The translations under genes were made by a program, and so were the position numbers. Shown here in pieces: positions 20,258 through 29,344 of a stretch of DNA of 64,000 nucleotides. Every line of letters begins with the position of its first letter. Within the stretch, counting starts at the first letter, position 1. Source of the DNA: Acidimicrobiia bacterium (lineage in GTDB: Bacteria > Actinomycetota > Acidimicrobiia > Spongiisociales > JAENVV01); the NCBI GenBank assembly GCA_041586155.1, contig JBFHAT010000006.1, positions 20,486 to 84,485 on the forward strand, in the 5' to 3' direction. The notes under the pieces are model-generated. The model was not told where the DNA came from. It made no database searches and saw only the letters and a list, made by a program, of their open reading frames with translations.

Positions 20258-21375
20258 TGACCAACCTCGAACAAACACTGGCCAACATGACGAAGGCAGA
20301 GCTGATGACTCTGGCCCGAGCGGCAGGACTGACGGGACGGTCGTCGATGACCAGAGATCAGCTGCGAGCGGCGCTCGCCGACCACCTCGCCGCGCCGCGA
20401 TCGCATACCGGACCGTCAGCCGGTCCGCAGCCTGCAGACGAGCGGTGCTCGCGCCGAGCAGGAGACCACAGGTGTGGTCTTCCGGCGCTCTCTGGCGGCG
20501 AACTGTGCGCGCTCCACGGCGCCGACTTACGCGACGAAGTGCAACCGATCGCAGGGCGCCTGGGCTTCGACCAGTGGCCGGCGTTGCTGCGACAGCTTCG
20601 GCTGGCCACGTATGACACTGATCCTCTCGGACTCGACCCCGTCATCGCCGAGATGGCTTGGCACGTCGCCAACCTGATGTATCACGACTACTTCCGAGTC
20701 ACGGTGTCTGGTGCTCAACACGTGCCGGCGGCGGGCGCAGGGGTCCTGGCCGCCAACCACGCCGGTGCCGCCCTTCCATGGGACGCCTTGATGCTGTCGG
20801 CAGCCGTTGCCAACGAGCCGGACGTGCCTCGCCGGCTACGGCTCATCGGTACGGAGATCTTCAACATGCTGCCGTTCGTCTCCCACCTGTACCGCAAATC
20901 CGGCGGGGCCTACGCATCGCGATCAGATGCGATGTGGATCCTCGATCAGGGTTATCTGCTCGGCGTGTTCCCCGAAGGCGTCGCGGGGTTTCAGAAGGCA
21001 CAGAAGCAGGCATATCAGACACAGCGGTTCGGACGGGGCGGGTTTGCCGACTTGGCGATGCGAGCGGGCGCACCGATCGTCCCGGTGGCCATCGTCGGAT
21101 CGGAGGAGACGCACCCGGTCGTCTTCACTTCTGCCCGACTGGCCCGACTGGTCCGGCTGGTGTTTCCCGAGCAGCGAGTCGATGAGCTGGCGGTGTGGCT
21201 CAACCTCATCCCCCTGCCTGTCAAATGGCACATCGAGTTCCTGGAGCCGATCGACGTCGGCGCCGCCACCGACCGACCCGACCGATTGGCGGTCCTCGAA
21301 ATCGCCGAAGAGGTCCGGAGCCGCGTTCAGGCCGCCCTCGACCGTCTCGTGAGCCAACGCCGCAGTATCTTCTGA
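20254..21375 (+). CDS. Lysophospholipid/DAG acyltransferase (Rv0502-like) with N-terminal Rho-N-like and CCCH modules
   Basis: ANHAGAALPWD, VFPEG, FGRGGF, PIVPVAIVGSEE, LPVKWHIEF; N-terminal MTKAELMTLARAAGLTGRSSMTRDQL and C65-x8-C-x10-C-x2-H88. Confidence 0.9.
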   Translation: MMTNLEQTLANMTKAELMTLARAAGLTGRSSMTRDQLRAALADHLAAPRSHTGPSAGPQPADERCSRRAGDHRCGLPALSGGELCALHGADLRDEVQPIAGRLGFDQWPALLRQLRLATYDTDPLGLDPVIAEMAWHVANLMYHDYFRVTVSGAQHVPAAGAGVLAANHAGAALPWDALMLSAAVANEPDVPRRLRLIGTEIFNMLPFVSHLYRKSGGAYASRSDAMWILDQGYLLGVFPEGVAGFQKAQKQAYQTQRFGRGGFADLAMRAGAPIVPVAIVGSEETHPVVFTSARLARLVRLVFPEQRVDELAVWLNLIPLPVKWHIEFLEPIDVGAATDRPDRLAVLEIAEEVRSRVQAALDRLVSQRRSIF

Positions 21376-21387
21376 CGGACGGATCCC

Positions 21388-21475
21388 TGCTTGCTGGTGC
21401 GAGCACATTCACCCAGATCGTTCGCGCTGTCTAGCGCTTGCTATAGCTAGCGTCTGTGGATATCATTGCAAGCGC
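21388..21475 (+). promoter_or_regulatory. Sigma-70-type promoter with two palindromic operator candidates
   Basis: TTGCTA(21438)-17 nt-TATCAT(21461); GCTTGC-TGGT-GCGAGC (21389-21404) and GCTTGC-TATA-GCTAGC (21436-21451); GCAAGC half-site at 21468. Confidence 0.7.
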
Positions 21476-21859
21476 ATGGACGAAATCGAGCGCGACCCCA
21501 ACGACATTGGGGCCTTCATCCGCCAGCAACGAGAACGGTCGAAGATGTCGCTTCGGCGGCTGGCCGACAAGGCCGGCATCTCGAATCCGTACCTCAGCCA
21601 GATCGAGCGCGGGCTGCGCAAACCGTCCGCCGAGATCCTCAAGGCGCTGGCGCGGGGATTGTCCATCCAAGCCGAGTCGCTCTATATCCAAGCCGGACTG
21701 TTGGAGGACGGCGCCAAGGCGCCGACCGTACGGGCGGCAGTCGAGGCGGACGAGGCGCTCTCGGCTCGTCAGAAGCAGGTGCTGCTCGAGCTCTACCGCA
21801 CCCTGGTGGAGACGAGCGAGAACAACGAAGAAACGAAAGGAGACCCACGTGGTCGATAA
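21476..21859 (+). CDS. XRE-family HTH regulator (Rv0474/MLDSR-like)
   Basis: IGAFIRQQRE..MSLRRLADKAGISNPYLSQIERGLRKPSAEIL...LYIQAG...QKQVLLELY. Confidence 0.93.
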   Translation: MDEIERDPNDIGAFIRQQRERSKMSLRRLADKAGISNPYLSQIERGLRKPSAEILKALARGLSIQAESLYIQAGLLEDGAKAPTVRAAVEADEALSARQKQVLLELYRTLVETSENNEETKGDPRGR

Positions 21860-22514
21860 GAATCGAGTCGAAAAGGCTCAAGAAACCGCAGAGAAGGTGC
21901 TCTATGCCGCCATCGGCGCTCCCGCCAAGGCCGGCAAAGCAATCACCGAGCGCCTTGCCGATGCCAACGACCGGCTCACCAAGCGGCGCGAGAAGATGGT
22001 GAAGGAATTCACCGCCGAGTTCGATGCCTGGGCCTCCGAAGGCGAGGCGCTGGTCCACCGGCTCCAAGAACGCAACGTCGTGGAGGACCTCACGGCCCGA
22101 GCCAACGTCGATCAATTCCAAGAGCAGGTCGGCAAGTTGCGTCATCAACTCGAGGACATGCTCGAGACCTGGCGTGCCAATTTCCTGCCCGAACGGGCCG
22201 AGGCTGTCAAGGCCGGCGCGGAGCGGGTCGAAGTCGCCGCTGAGAAGGTCGAGGAGACGGCCGGCGCGGTTGCGAAGAAGGCCGCTTCAACCGCCAAGAA
22301 CACGGCTACCAAGACCAGCGCCGCCAAGAAGCCGGCCGCCAAGAAGCCGGCTGCGAAGACCACCACGGCCAAGAAGCCGGCCGCCAAAAAGCCGGCTGCG
22401 AAGACCACCACGGCCAAGAAGCCGGCCGCCAAGACCACTACGGCCAAGAAGCCGGCCGCCAAGACCACTACGGCGAAGAAGCCGGCGGCGCGGGCAACGT
22501 CCGCAAAGAAGTGA
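21849..22514 (+). CDS. HbhA/TadA/MLDS-like coiled-coil protein with Lys-Ala-Pro tail
   Basis: AAAGGAG RBS, GTG at 21849; LYAAIGA motif, amphipathic helices, GEALVHRL, C-terminal AKKPA repeats; overlaps the XRE gene. Confidence 0.82.
   Translation: MVDKNRVEKAQETAEKVLYAAIGAPAKAGKAITERLADANDRLTKRREKMVKEFTAEFDAWASEGEALVHRLQERNVVEDLTARANVDQFQEQVGKLRHQLEDMLETWRANFLPERAEAVKAGAERVEVAAEKVEETAGAVAKKAASTAKNTATKTSAAKKPAAKKPAAKTTTAKKPAAKKPAAKTTTAKKPAAKTTTAKKPAAKTTTAKKPAARATSAKK
22320..22490 (+). repeat. Coding tandem repeat (AKKPA/AKTTT units)
   Basis: gccaagaagccggcc and aagaccac(c/t)acg units repeated in 15-nt register. Confidence 0.9.
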
Positions 22515-22571
22515 CGTCAGCCCGGGGTTGACGTCCCGTGATCCTGAGCGGCCGCCTTCGGCGGCCGCTCA
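22513..22571. terminator. Two hairpins between convergent genes
   Basis: gacgtcagcc-cgg-ggttgacgtc and the 12-bp stem tgagcggccgcc-ttc-ggcggccgctca. Confidence 0.75.
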
Positions 22572-22973
22572 TTACGTGACGAGCGGTTCGAGGGTCTTGG
22601 CGTGCTCCACCCAGCGCGCCACCATCGCTTCGGTGGGGAGACGGCGTACGAGCCGCTTCTTCTCGTTGAGTTCGACCATGACTGCGGTGAGCGTGATGGG
22701 GTTGCGCCGCCTCAGCTCTTTGACCGTGTCGACACCTGCTGCCTCCAGCAGATCGGAGTATTCGGAGCCGATGCCTTTGCAGCGCATGAGATCCGCCCGA
22801 TTCACCCACTCGAGCAGCTTCCGCTCCTCGAGGTTGGTCACGTCCGACAATGCCTTGCGGCCCCGCCGGTCGTGAGCTCGCTTCAGGAGCGCCTCGGTGG
22901 TCCGAATGCCGGCCTTGCGCAGCTTGGTTGCGTTGCGCTGACCGATCCCTTCGATGGCGTCGATAGAGGGCAT
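22572..22973 (-). CDS. DUF4332 family protein (HhH-like)
   Basis: IDAIEGIG...LLEWVNRADLMRCKGIGSEYSDLLEAAGVDTVKELRRRNP. Confidence 0.92.
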   Translation of the reverse strand: MPSIDAIEGIGQRNATKLRKAGIRTTEALLKRAHDRRGRKALSDVTNLEERKLLEWVNRADLMRCKGIGSEYSDLLEAAGVDTVKELRRRNPITLTAVMVELNEKKRLVRRLPTEAMVARWVEHAKTLEPLVT

Positions 22974-23107
22974 CCTGGTCCTTTCGAATCCGTTCCCCAG
23001 CGTCCGGTGGCCGGGCGCACGGTCGGGCAGGATAACAGGACCCGTATCGCGCTTGCCCGGTAGGTGAAGCGGTGTGCAGCGCCGCCCACCGCACCAGGCG
23101 GTCACCT

Positions 23108-23671
23108 TCAGGAGCGGCCGAAGAGCCGCCTGAAGAAGTCGACGATGGCGCTGACGAGGCTCGAAATGAAGAGCGATCCTCCTCGCACCTCCCCGGCGGT
23201 GACGGCTTCGGCCTCGGTTGCAGATGCTGCTCCGAGCTTGGCTTCGAGGCACGTCACGAACTCGCCGATGAGTCGTGACGACATCTCCTTGATCAGCCCC
23301 GTTCGCCCGAACTGTGCCGCCGGCCCCGACAGCGATACGTCCGCGTCGACCACGACCCGCGTCCCGTTGTCGGATGCCTCGAGGCGATAGTCGACCGCAA
23401 CCTGTCCCCGACTGCCGCCCCGCTTGTCGGCGCCCTGCCCCTTGATGTGACCCGATCGGCTTGCTGCGTCCGGCGTCACAGTGGCCTTGCCCTCGAACGC
23501 GGCGGTCATGGGACCGAGCTTGGCCTCCAGCCGACCCTCATAGGTTCCATCGCCATGATCCTCGGTGAGTTCGGCGCCGGGGAGACATTGCGCAACCGAA
23601 GGAACGTCCTGGAAGAAATCCCAAACCGCGTCGACCGGCTTCGTCACCTCGAATTCCTGGCTGATCTTCAC
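23108..23671 (-). CDS. coxG: CoxG/SRPBCC family protein
   Basis: VWDFFQDVPSVAQCLPGA, KLGP, AQFGRTGLI; position in the cox cluster. Confidence 0.9.
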   Translation of the reverse strand: MKISQEFEVTKPVDAVWDFFQDVPSVAQCLPGAELTEDHGDGTYEGRLEAKLGPMTAAFEGKATVTPDAASRSGHIKGQGADKRGGSRGQVAVDYRLEASDNGTRVVVDADVSLSGPAAQFGRTGLIKEMSSRLIGEFVTCLEAKLGAASATEAEAVTAGEVRGGSLFISSLVSAIVDFFRRLFGRS

Positions 23672-24264
23672 GCACCACTCCTCGGTCGCAATTCCTCAAC
23701 ATCCGTCGCCGTGTCCACGTCACGCGGTGGCATCTGCTCGAACCATACTTCTTCCACCCATTCCGGATGGGCCTGCAGCAGCTGCTGAGCGCCGTTGTCA
23801 CCCTCCAGGCTCATCAACCGGGTGAATAGGCTCCGGTCGACTACGACCGGGTTCGAACGCGTGTACCGATAGCGGGGCACGATCGCAGGTTTACGGGTAC
23901 TCGTGTGGGTGTCGAGCAGCCTATCGACCACCTCGCGCTCGATGCGAGGCTGATCGCCGAGAGCGATGACGCATCGGTCGGCGTCACCGTCGTTGAGGAG
24001 CGCATCGAGTCCCACGCTCAACGACGTGGCCAAGCCCTCCTCGTGATCATCATTGATGACGACGGAGGCCCCCGACAGGTCGCATTCGGCGAGCACGCGA
24101 TCCGCCTCATGGCCGAGCACGACCCACACCTCTTCGACGGGCCAGGCACGCACCATCTCGTACACGTGCTGGAGGAGCGGCTTCCCGCCCCAGTCGATGA
24201 GCTGTTTGGGCTCCTGGAGCCGGCGGCTGCTGCCGGCAGCGAGGATGAGCGCGGCGGTGTGCAT
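23668..24264 (-). CDS. mocA: Molybdenum cofactor cytidylyltransferase
   Basis: ILAAGSSRR, PKQL, LGDQP, GDNGA, DVDT. Confidence 0.88.
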   Translation of the reverse strand: MHTAALILAAGSSRRLQEPKQLIDWGGKPLLQHVYEMVRAWPVEEVWVVLGHEADRVLAECDLSGASVVINDDHEEGLATSLSVGLDALLNDGDADRCVIALGDQPRIEREVVDRLLDTHTSTRKPAIVPRYRYTRSNPVVVDRSLFTRLMSLEGDNGAQQLLQAHPEWVEEVWFEQMPPRDVDTATDVEELRPRSGA

Positions 24265-24294
24265 GGCGGCGAAGCCTAGGCGCCGTCTCGCCTG

Positions 24295-25074
24295 TCAGAT
24301 GTCGCCTTCGTCGTCGCTTCTCTGGAGATGGATTCGACCCTCACGACCATGCAAGGAACGGCCGTTGCCAGAGCCGTAACGAACCTGGATCATCTCGGCG
24401 AGGATCGACACCGCGGTCTCGGCAGGGGTCTCGGCACCGATGTCGAGCCCCACGGGCCCGTGGATGCGGCTGATCTGCTCCACCGAGTACCCCGCCTCCT
24501 GCAGCCGGCCGACCCGCTTGGCATGGGTCCGACGGCTCCCCATGGCGCCGATGTACCTGACGGGCCGATCCAGAACCATCGGCAGTACCGGGTCCTCGAA
24601 GCGGGAATCGTGGGAGAGCAGCACCACATAGGTACGACGGTCGAGCACGAGTCGGTCGGCGATCTCGTCGGGCCAACCCACCAGCACGGCGTCGGCCGTC
24701 GGAAACCGTTCCGGAGTCGTGAACGCCGGGCGGGCGTCAGACACCACCACGCTGAAATCGAGGCGACTGGCGAGGTCGGCCAGGGCCTGCGCCACGTGCA
24801 CAGCGCCAAAGATCACGAGCTGCGGACGGGGCGCCAGCGTCTCCATGAAGACTTCACGCTCGCCGTACGTGAGCGTGCGACTCTGCTCGACCTCCATGAG
24901 CGCTCGAGCATCGGCGAGCATCTCATCATCCACCCGCAGACCACCGGCGACGGGACCGTTCTCGTAGTCCACCAGGGCTTTGGCGCCAAGCTCGGGCCCG
25001 GCGACGACGGTGAGCACTGCGGCGAGCCGCTCGCGGTCGATCGCGTCCCGAGCTGCGGCGTGAACCTCACTCAT
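24295..25074 (-). CDS. xdhC: XdhC family protein, C-terminal Rossmann-containing part
   Basis: [47 protein letters not shown]. Confidence 0.9.
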   Translation of the reverse strand: MSEVHAAARDAIDRERLAAVLTVVAGPELGAKALVDYENGPVAGGLRVDDEMLADARALMEVEQSRTLTYGEREVFMETLAPRPQLVIFGAVHVAQALADLASRLDFSVVVSDARPAFTTPERFPTADAVLVGWPDEIADRLVLDRRTYVVLLSHDSRFEDPVLPMVLDRPVRYIGAMGSRRTHAKRVGRLQEAGYSVEQISRIHGPVGLDIGAETPAETAVSILAEMIQVRYGSGNGRSLHGREGRIHLQRSDDEGDI

Positions 25075-25382
25075 CTCCACGGTTCGATGAACACCTGAAT
25101 GGTGCCGCCGCACGCCAGGCCGACTTCGAACGCCTCGTCATCGGCGATTCCATAGGTCACGAGTCGGGGCGAGCCGCTTGCAAGCACCTCTTGTGCGTGC
25201 AGGTACACGTCGTTTTCGACGCAGCCTCCGCTGACGGAACCCTCCATGTCGCCATCGGAGGTGACCAGGAACTTGGCACCCTCCGGCCGAGGCGCAGAGC
25301 CCGCCACACGTACGACGGTGGCCACCGCGACCTGCTTGCCGTCGGCCAGCCAACGCTCTGCCAGGTCCAATACGTCCTTCAT
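25071..25382 (-). CDS. XdhC/CoxI N-terminal domain protein
   Basis: [30 protein letters not shown]; ATGA overlap with the next gene. Confidence 0.9.
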   Translation of the reverse strand: MKDVLDLAERWLADGKQVAVATVVRVAGSAPRPEGAKFLVTSDGDMEGSVSGGCVENDVYLHAQEVLASGSPRLVTYGIADDEAFEVGLACGGTIQVFIEPWR

Positions 25383-26515
25383 CACGCTGCTCTCGTTCTC
25401 TTCACCGTGGACTCTAGGAGTTCGATGACATGTGCGAGGTCGAGGACGGTGGCCGCCGGCAGAAAGTCGTCGACGTATGGCAGCACCGTCTTGATCCCAC
25501 GGGTCTCCGGGGCGTAGCCGGACCGACCGGAGAGGGGATTCAGCCACACGACCCGATGGACACTCCGGGCGAGCCGCGCCATCTCCCGGTCGAGCAGGGC
25601 GATGTCTCCGCAATCCCAGCCATCGGAAACGATCATCAGCACAGGCCCTCCACGCAGGACCCGCCGCGACCAGTCACGGTTGAACGTCTCCAGCGCCGCT
25701 CCGATCTGCGTTCCACCCGACCAGTCGTCGACGGCGTCGGCGGTTCCCTTCAAGGCCGCTCGTAGATCTCGGCGACTGAGCTGCCATGTGACGCGGGTCA
25801 GCCGAGTGGAGAACACGAAGGTCTCGACCCTACCCACCCTGCTGCGGGCAGCATGCGCAAAGGTCAGCACCATCTCGGCATAGGCCTCCATCGAACCGCT
25901 CACGTCTGCAATGACGACGAGGGGTCGGCGGCGATTCCGGCGGCCGGTCATCTCCAATGGCACCAGGTCGGCGCGAGGACCGACCATCGAACGAAGGGTG
26001 GCTCGTAGATCGGGGCGCAGACCTCGAGCATCGGCCTTCCATCGGCGGCTTCGCGTCTCGGCCGGTTGCCACACCATGCGGGCGATCAGCCGTTTGGCGA
26101 CTTCGACCTCGACGTCGTCCAGCGAAGAGAAGTCTCGGCTCCCCATCCGCTCGACCAGCGAAGCCCCCACCTGCTCTGCCACGTCGCTCGCATCGGCATC
26201 CGACGAACCGGAAAGGTGTCTCGCCACCCATTCGTGCTCGTGGCCCAATGCCGCGGACGGATCGAGGGGACTCTCTGCAGGCGCACCGTTTCCGAAGAAC
26301 CGGCGAAAGACGCGGTCGAAGATGTCGAACTGGTCAGGTCGCACGACGGTCAATGAGCGAAGCGCGTGATAGACGTCCTGCGCACTGGCAACGTCGACCA
26401 GCCCCAGCGCCCGCACCGAGTCAGCCGCGTCATCGGGCGTGAGGACCAGACCCTCTGTGCGCAACGCAGACATGAAACGGACCATCGATCCGACGAGCGA
26501 ATCCTCAGTCCCCAC
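25382..26515 (-). CDS. coxE: CoxE-like VWA protein
   Basis: [37 protein letters not shown]. Confidence 0.92.
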   Translation of the reverse strand: MGTEDSLVGSMVRFMSALRTEGLVLTPDDAADSVRALGLVDVASAQDVYHALRSLTVVRPDQFDIFDRVFRRFFGNGAPAESPLDPSAALGHEHEWVARHLSGSSDADASDVAEQVGASLVERMGSRDFSSLDDVEVEVAKRLIARMVWQPAETRSRRWKADARGLRPDLRATLRSMVGPRADLVPLEMTGRRNRRRPLVVIADVSGSMEAYAEMVLTFAHAARSRVGRVETFVFSTRLTRVTWQLSRRDLRAALKGTADAVDDWSGGTQIGAALETFNRDWSRRVLRGGPVLMIVSDGWDCGDIALLDREMARLARSVHRVVWLNPLSGRSGYAPETRGIKTVLPYVDDFLPAATVLDLAHVIELLESTVKRTRAA

Positions 26516-27389
26516 CGACGACCGCCTCCAAACCGGCGGTGCGCACCGATTCGATGTCGTCCTGATACTTGAGAACCACGCCTAGGGTCTCGTCTGCGAC
26601 CTCGCCCGACAGTGCATCCGCCCCCAAAACCTCGAGTGCCGCAGCCCAGTCGAGAGTCTCGGCGACCCCAGGCGGCTTGAAGAGGTCCATCGACCGCAGT
26701 CGAGCCATCGCCTCGGCCAGCTGCCCGGCGAGCGCTCGGCTCACTCCTGGCACCTTGCGGGTGACGATTGCCACTTCGCGGTCGAAGTCGGGATAATCGA
26801 TCCAGTGGTAGATGCAGCGACGTTTGAGCGCATCGTGGATCTCTCTCGTCCGATTCGACGTGAGGACCACCACCGGCGGCTGCTCCGCCTTGATCGTGCC
26901 CAGCTCGGGGATGGTGACCTGGAAATCCGACAAGAGCTCGAGGAGGTACGCCTCAAATTCCTCATCGGCTCTGTCGAGCTCATCGATCAACAAAACCGGC
27001 CGTCGCCCTTCGCGGGCCGCCTCGACTGCTGCGAGCAGCGGCCGCACGACGAGGTACTCGCGAGACATGATCTGTGAGACGTCGGCCCGGTTCGCGCTGT
27101 CGGTTGCCTCGAGCATGCGGATCGCCAGCATCTGACGCGCATAGTCCCATTCGTACAGCGCGTGGCCGACGTCCAGGCCCTCGTAGCACTGGAGCCGGAT
27201 CAGATCCTCGCCCAACACATCAGCGAGCACCTTGGCGATCTCTGTCTTGCCCACGCCCGCCTCGCCCTCGAGGAAGAGCGGCCGCCCCAGTTGGATCGCC
27301 AGGTGCACGGCGATCGCCAACGACCGATCGGCTTCGTAGTTGTGTTCGGCGAGGGCTCTGTGAACGGCTTCGACCGAGTTGAGGTGCAC
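26505..27389 (-). CDS. coxD: CoxD-like MoxR AAA+ ATPase
   Basis: GEAGVGKT, RLQCYEGLD, LLIDELD, TSNRTREIHDALKRRC, PPGVAETLDW. Confidence 0.93.
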   Translation of the reverse strand: MHLNSVEAVHRALAEHNYEADRSLAIAVHLAIQLGRPLFLEGEAGVGKTEIAKVLADVLGEDLIRLQCYEGLDVGHALYEWDYARQMLAIRMLEATDSANRADVSQIMSREYLVVRPLLAAVEAAREGRRPVLLIDELDRADEEFEAYLLELLSDFQVTIPELGTIKAEQPPVVVLTSNRTREIHDALKRRCIYHWIDYPDFDREVAIVTRKVPGVSRALAGQLAEAMARLRSMDLFKPPGVAETLDWAAALEVLGADALSGEVADETLGVVLKYQDDIESVRTAGLEAVVGGD

Positions 27390-27445
27390 GACCGCAGCCT
27401 AGCGCCGACACGGTCCTTCGAGCCGTACATGGCGCACCGATCGAC

Positions 27446-27498
27446 TTGACGAAATGCATCTCTGGTGATACAAATATCTGAGCGTTATACGCTTAGAT
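27446..27498 (+). promoter_or_regulatory. hsp20 promoter with HAIR-like (HspR) inverted repeat
   Basis: TTGACG-17 nt-TACAAA with upstream TG; ATCTGAGCGT-TAT-ACGCTTAGAT (27476-27498), i.e. TGAGC-N7-GCTTA versus the HAIR consensus CTTGAGT-N7-ACTCAAG. Confidence 0.7.
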
Positions 27499-27555
27499 TC
27501 AATGAACATCATTCATCAACTTACTTACAGCAATCGTCTACAAGGAGGACGACCT

Positions 27556-27984
27556 ATGGCCATTCGCATGCAGCATCCGCTGGCGGAAGTCGAGCGGCTC
27601 TTCAACCGTTTCGAGCAGGAATGGAGCGGCGGCGGCATGATGCCGATGGATGCCTTCACCAAGGACGACACCCTCGTGCTGCGATTCGATCTACCTGGTG
27701 TCTCGGCCGAGGAGATCGAACTCACCAGCGAGAAGAACATGCTGTCGGTCACCGTGACCCGGCCGGTCGAGGAGACTGACGATGTCGTCTGGTCGGTGCG
27801 TGAGCGGCCGACCGGGAGGCACACCCGCCAGGTTCGCGTGGGCGACATGGTCGACCTCGGCAAGATCGAGGCCGACTATCAGAATGGCGTACTCACGGTG
27901 ACGCTGCCGGTGCGCGAGGAGGTCAAGCCGCGCAAGATCAGCATCACCAACCGCGAGCAGCCGGCGCTCAGCGAGTCCAGCTGA
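27556..27984 (+). CDS. Hsp20/alpha-crystallin small heat-shock protein
   Basis: AAGGAGG RBS; MPMDAF, FDLPGV, ERPTG, ADYQNGVLTVTLP, KPRKISI. Confidence 0.95.
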   Translation: MAIRMQHPLAEVERLFNRFEQEWSGGGMMPMDAFTKDDTLVLRFDLPGVSAEEIELTSEKNMLSVTVTRPVEETDDVVWSVRERPTGRHTRQVRVGDMVDLGKIEADYQNGVLTVTLPVREEVKPRKISITNREQPALSESS

Positions 27985-27987
27985 CGC

Positions 27988-28926
27988 CTAACGAGCGGGA
28001 GGGGGCTTCGCCGCGGAGCCCCCTCTCTCGCGTCCGCCAATGGTCTCTTCGATGGCGTCGAGGACCTTGGCAGGCGCCTGCGTCACCACTGCGTGTTCGG
28101 CGTCGATCTCAATGGTGGGCAGGCCGAAGAACGCGGCCGAGGCCCGCTGGTGATGCGCCCGTATCACTCCGTCATTGGCGGTGATGACCCACGACCCACG
28201 AGGCACGTCGAAGGGAGGCCAGGTGCGTGCATCGAACGAACGAAGCAACCGAGCGGTCTCGTCGAGCACGCGCCGGTCGGGGCGGCTGGCATACTCCCAG
28301 GCGATCCGGTGGGCCACTTCGGGACTGTCATGGATCTCGGCACGTTGGCGGCGGATGAGCACCGGCGAGCGGGGACCCATCACGATAGGAGCCGCCGCCA
28401 GGGTGACCCACAGGCGGGGCCGCACCCAATAGGCAGAGGTGGCGAGCATCACCACTCGGTCGAAGAAGTGCGAGCCGCGGCGGCGGATCGTCTCCAACAA
28501 GACCGCCCCTCCCATCGAATGGCCCACTGCGACAGGGCGATCGATCTGGGCATGCTCGAGGGTGAGCTCCACGGCCTCGGCGGCGCAGGTGAAGCTGAAT
28601 CTCTCATCGAGCCGTGACCGGCCGTGGCCCGGCAGATCCACGATGATCAGCGAACGATCGGTCTGCCATGCGAGCGGCCACCACGCCGAATCACCCGTCC
28701 GGCCCCACCCATGTACCAACAGCAGGGGCGCCAGCGCCGGATCCCCTTGGATCATCCGATACGAAGCGGTCCCCCACCGCGTGGGGATCGGGTGGATGGA
28801 GCCGGGGAGGATGGGCGCCCCGGGCACGTAGCCCTCCAGCTCGCGCAACGCCTGGCGATACTGCTGTAACCAGACCGCCGTCACACCGGGCACAGCCGCC
28901 CAAAGCAGCCCTCTCAGCCGAGACAT
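27988..28926 (-). CDS. Alpha/beta hydrolase
   Basis: LLVHGW, DLPGHGRS, GHSMGG, NDGVI, AEH. Confidence 0.9.
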   Translation of the reverse strand: MSRLRGLLWAAVPGVTAVWLQQYRQALRELEGYVPGAPILPGSIHPIPTRWGTASYRMIQGDPALAPLLLVHGWGRTGDSAWWPLAWQTDRSLIIVDLPGHGRSRLDERFSFTCAAEAVELTLEHAQIDRPVAVGHSMGGAVLLETIRRRGSHFFDRVVMLATSAYWVRPRLWVTLAAAPIVMGPRSPVLIRRQRAEIHDSPEVAHRIAWEYASRPDRRVLDETARLLRSFDARTWPPFDVPRGSWVITANDGVIRAHHQRASAAFFGLPTIEIDAEHAVVTQAPAKVLDAIEETIGGRERGGSAAKPPPAR

Positions 28927-28995
28927 GTCTCATTGAATATCGACGAGCATTGCGTCGTGCCTGAACGGATTTCCCCTCTGGCGTAACATGCCGGG

Positions 28996-29322
28996 ATGCC
29001 GATTCCCGAGGTCACACCCGAGGAAGCTGTCGCGATGATCGGTGCCGGAGCGCAGCTGGTCGATGTCCGAGAGCAGAATGAATGGGACGCCGCTCGAATC
29101 CCGGGTGCGGTTCTCAAACCAATGTCGGCGCTGAACGACTGGTACGAGGACCTGCCCAGGGACGTCGACGTGATCCTCATGTGCCGGACGGGCAACCGGA
29201 GTGGCAAGATCACGCAAGTGTTGGCGGAGCAGGCCGGCTTCACCAACGTGTTCAACCTGGTCGGCGGCATCGTGCAGTGGGCCGAAGAAGCGCGACCCAT
29301 CGACACGACGCCCCCACTCTGA
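28996..29322 (+). CDS. Single-domain rhodanese
   Basis: LVDVREQNEW...IPGA, CRTGNRS, NLVGGIVQW. Confidence 0.93.
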   Translation: MPIPEVTPEEAVAMIGAGAQLVDVREQNEWDAARIPGAVLKPMSALNDWYEDLPRDVDVILMCRTGNRSGKITQVLAEQAGFTNVFNLVGGIVQWAEEARPIDTTPPL

Positions 29323-29344
29323 TCTACCTGCCCGCAGTCGGGCG

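Noticed and set aside
22320-22490. CRISPR-like repeats
   Set aside because: In-frame coding AKKPA/AKTTT units with no unique spacers and no cas genes
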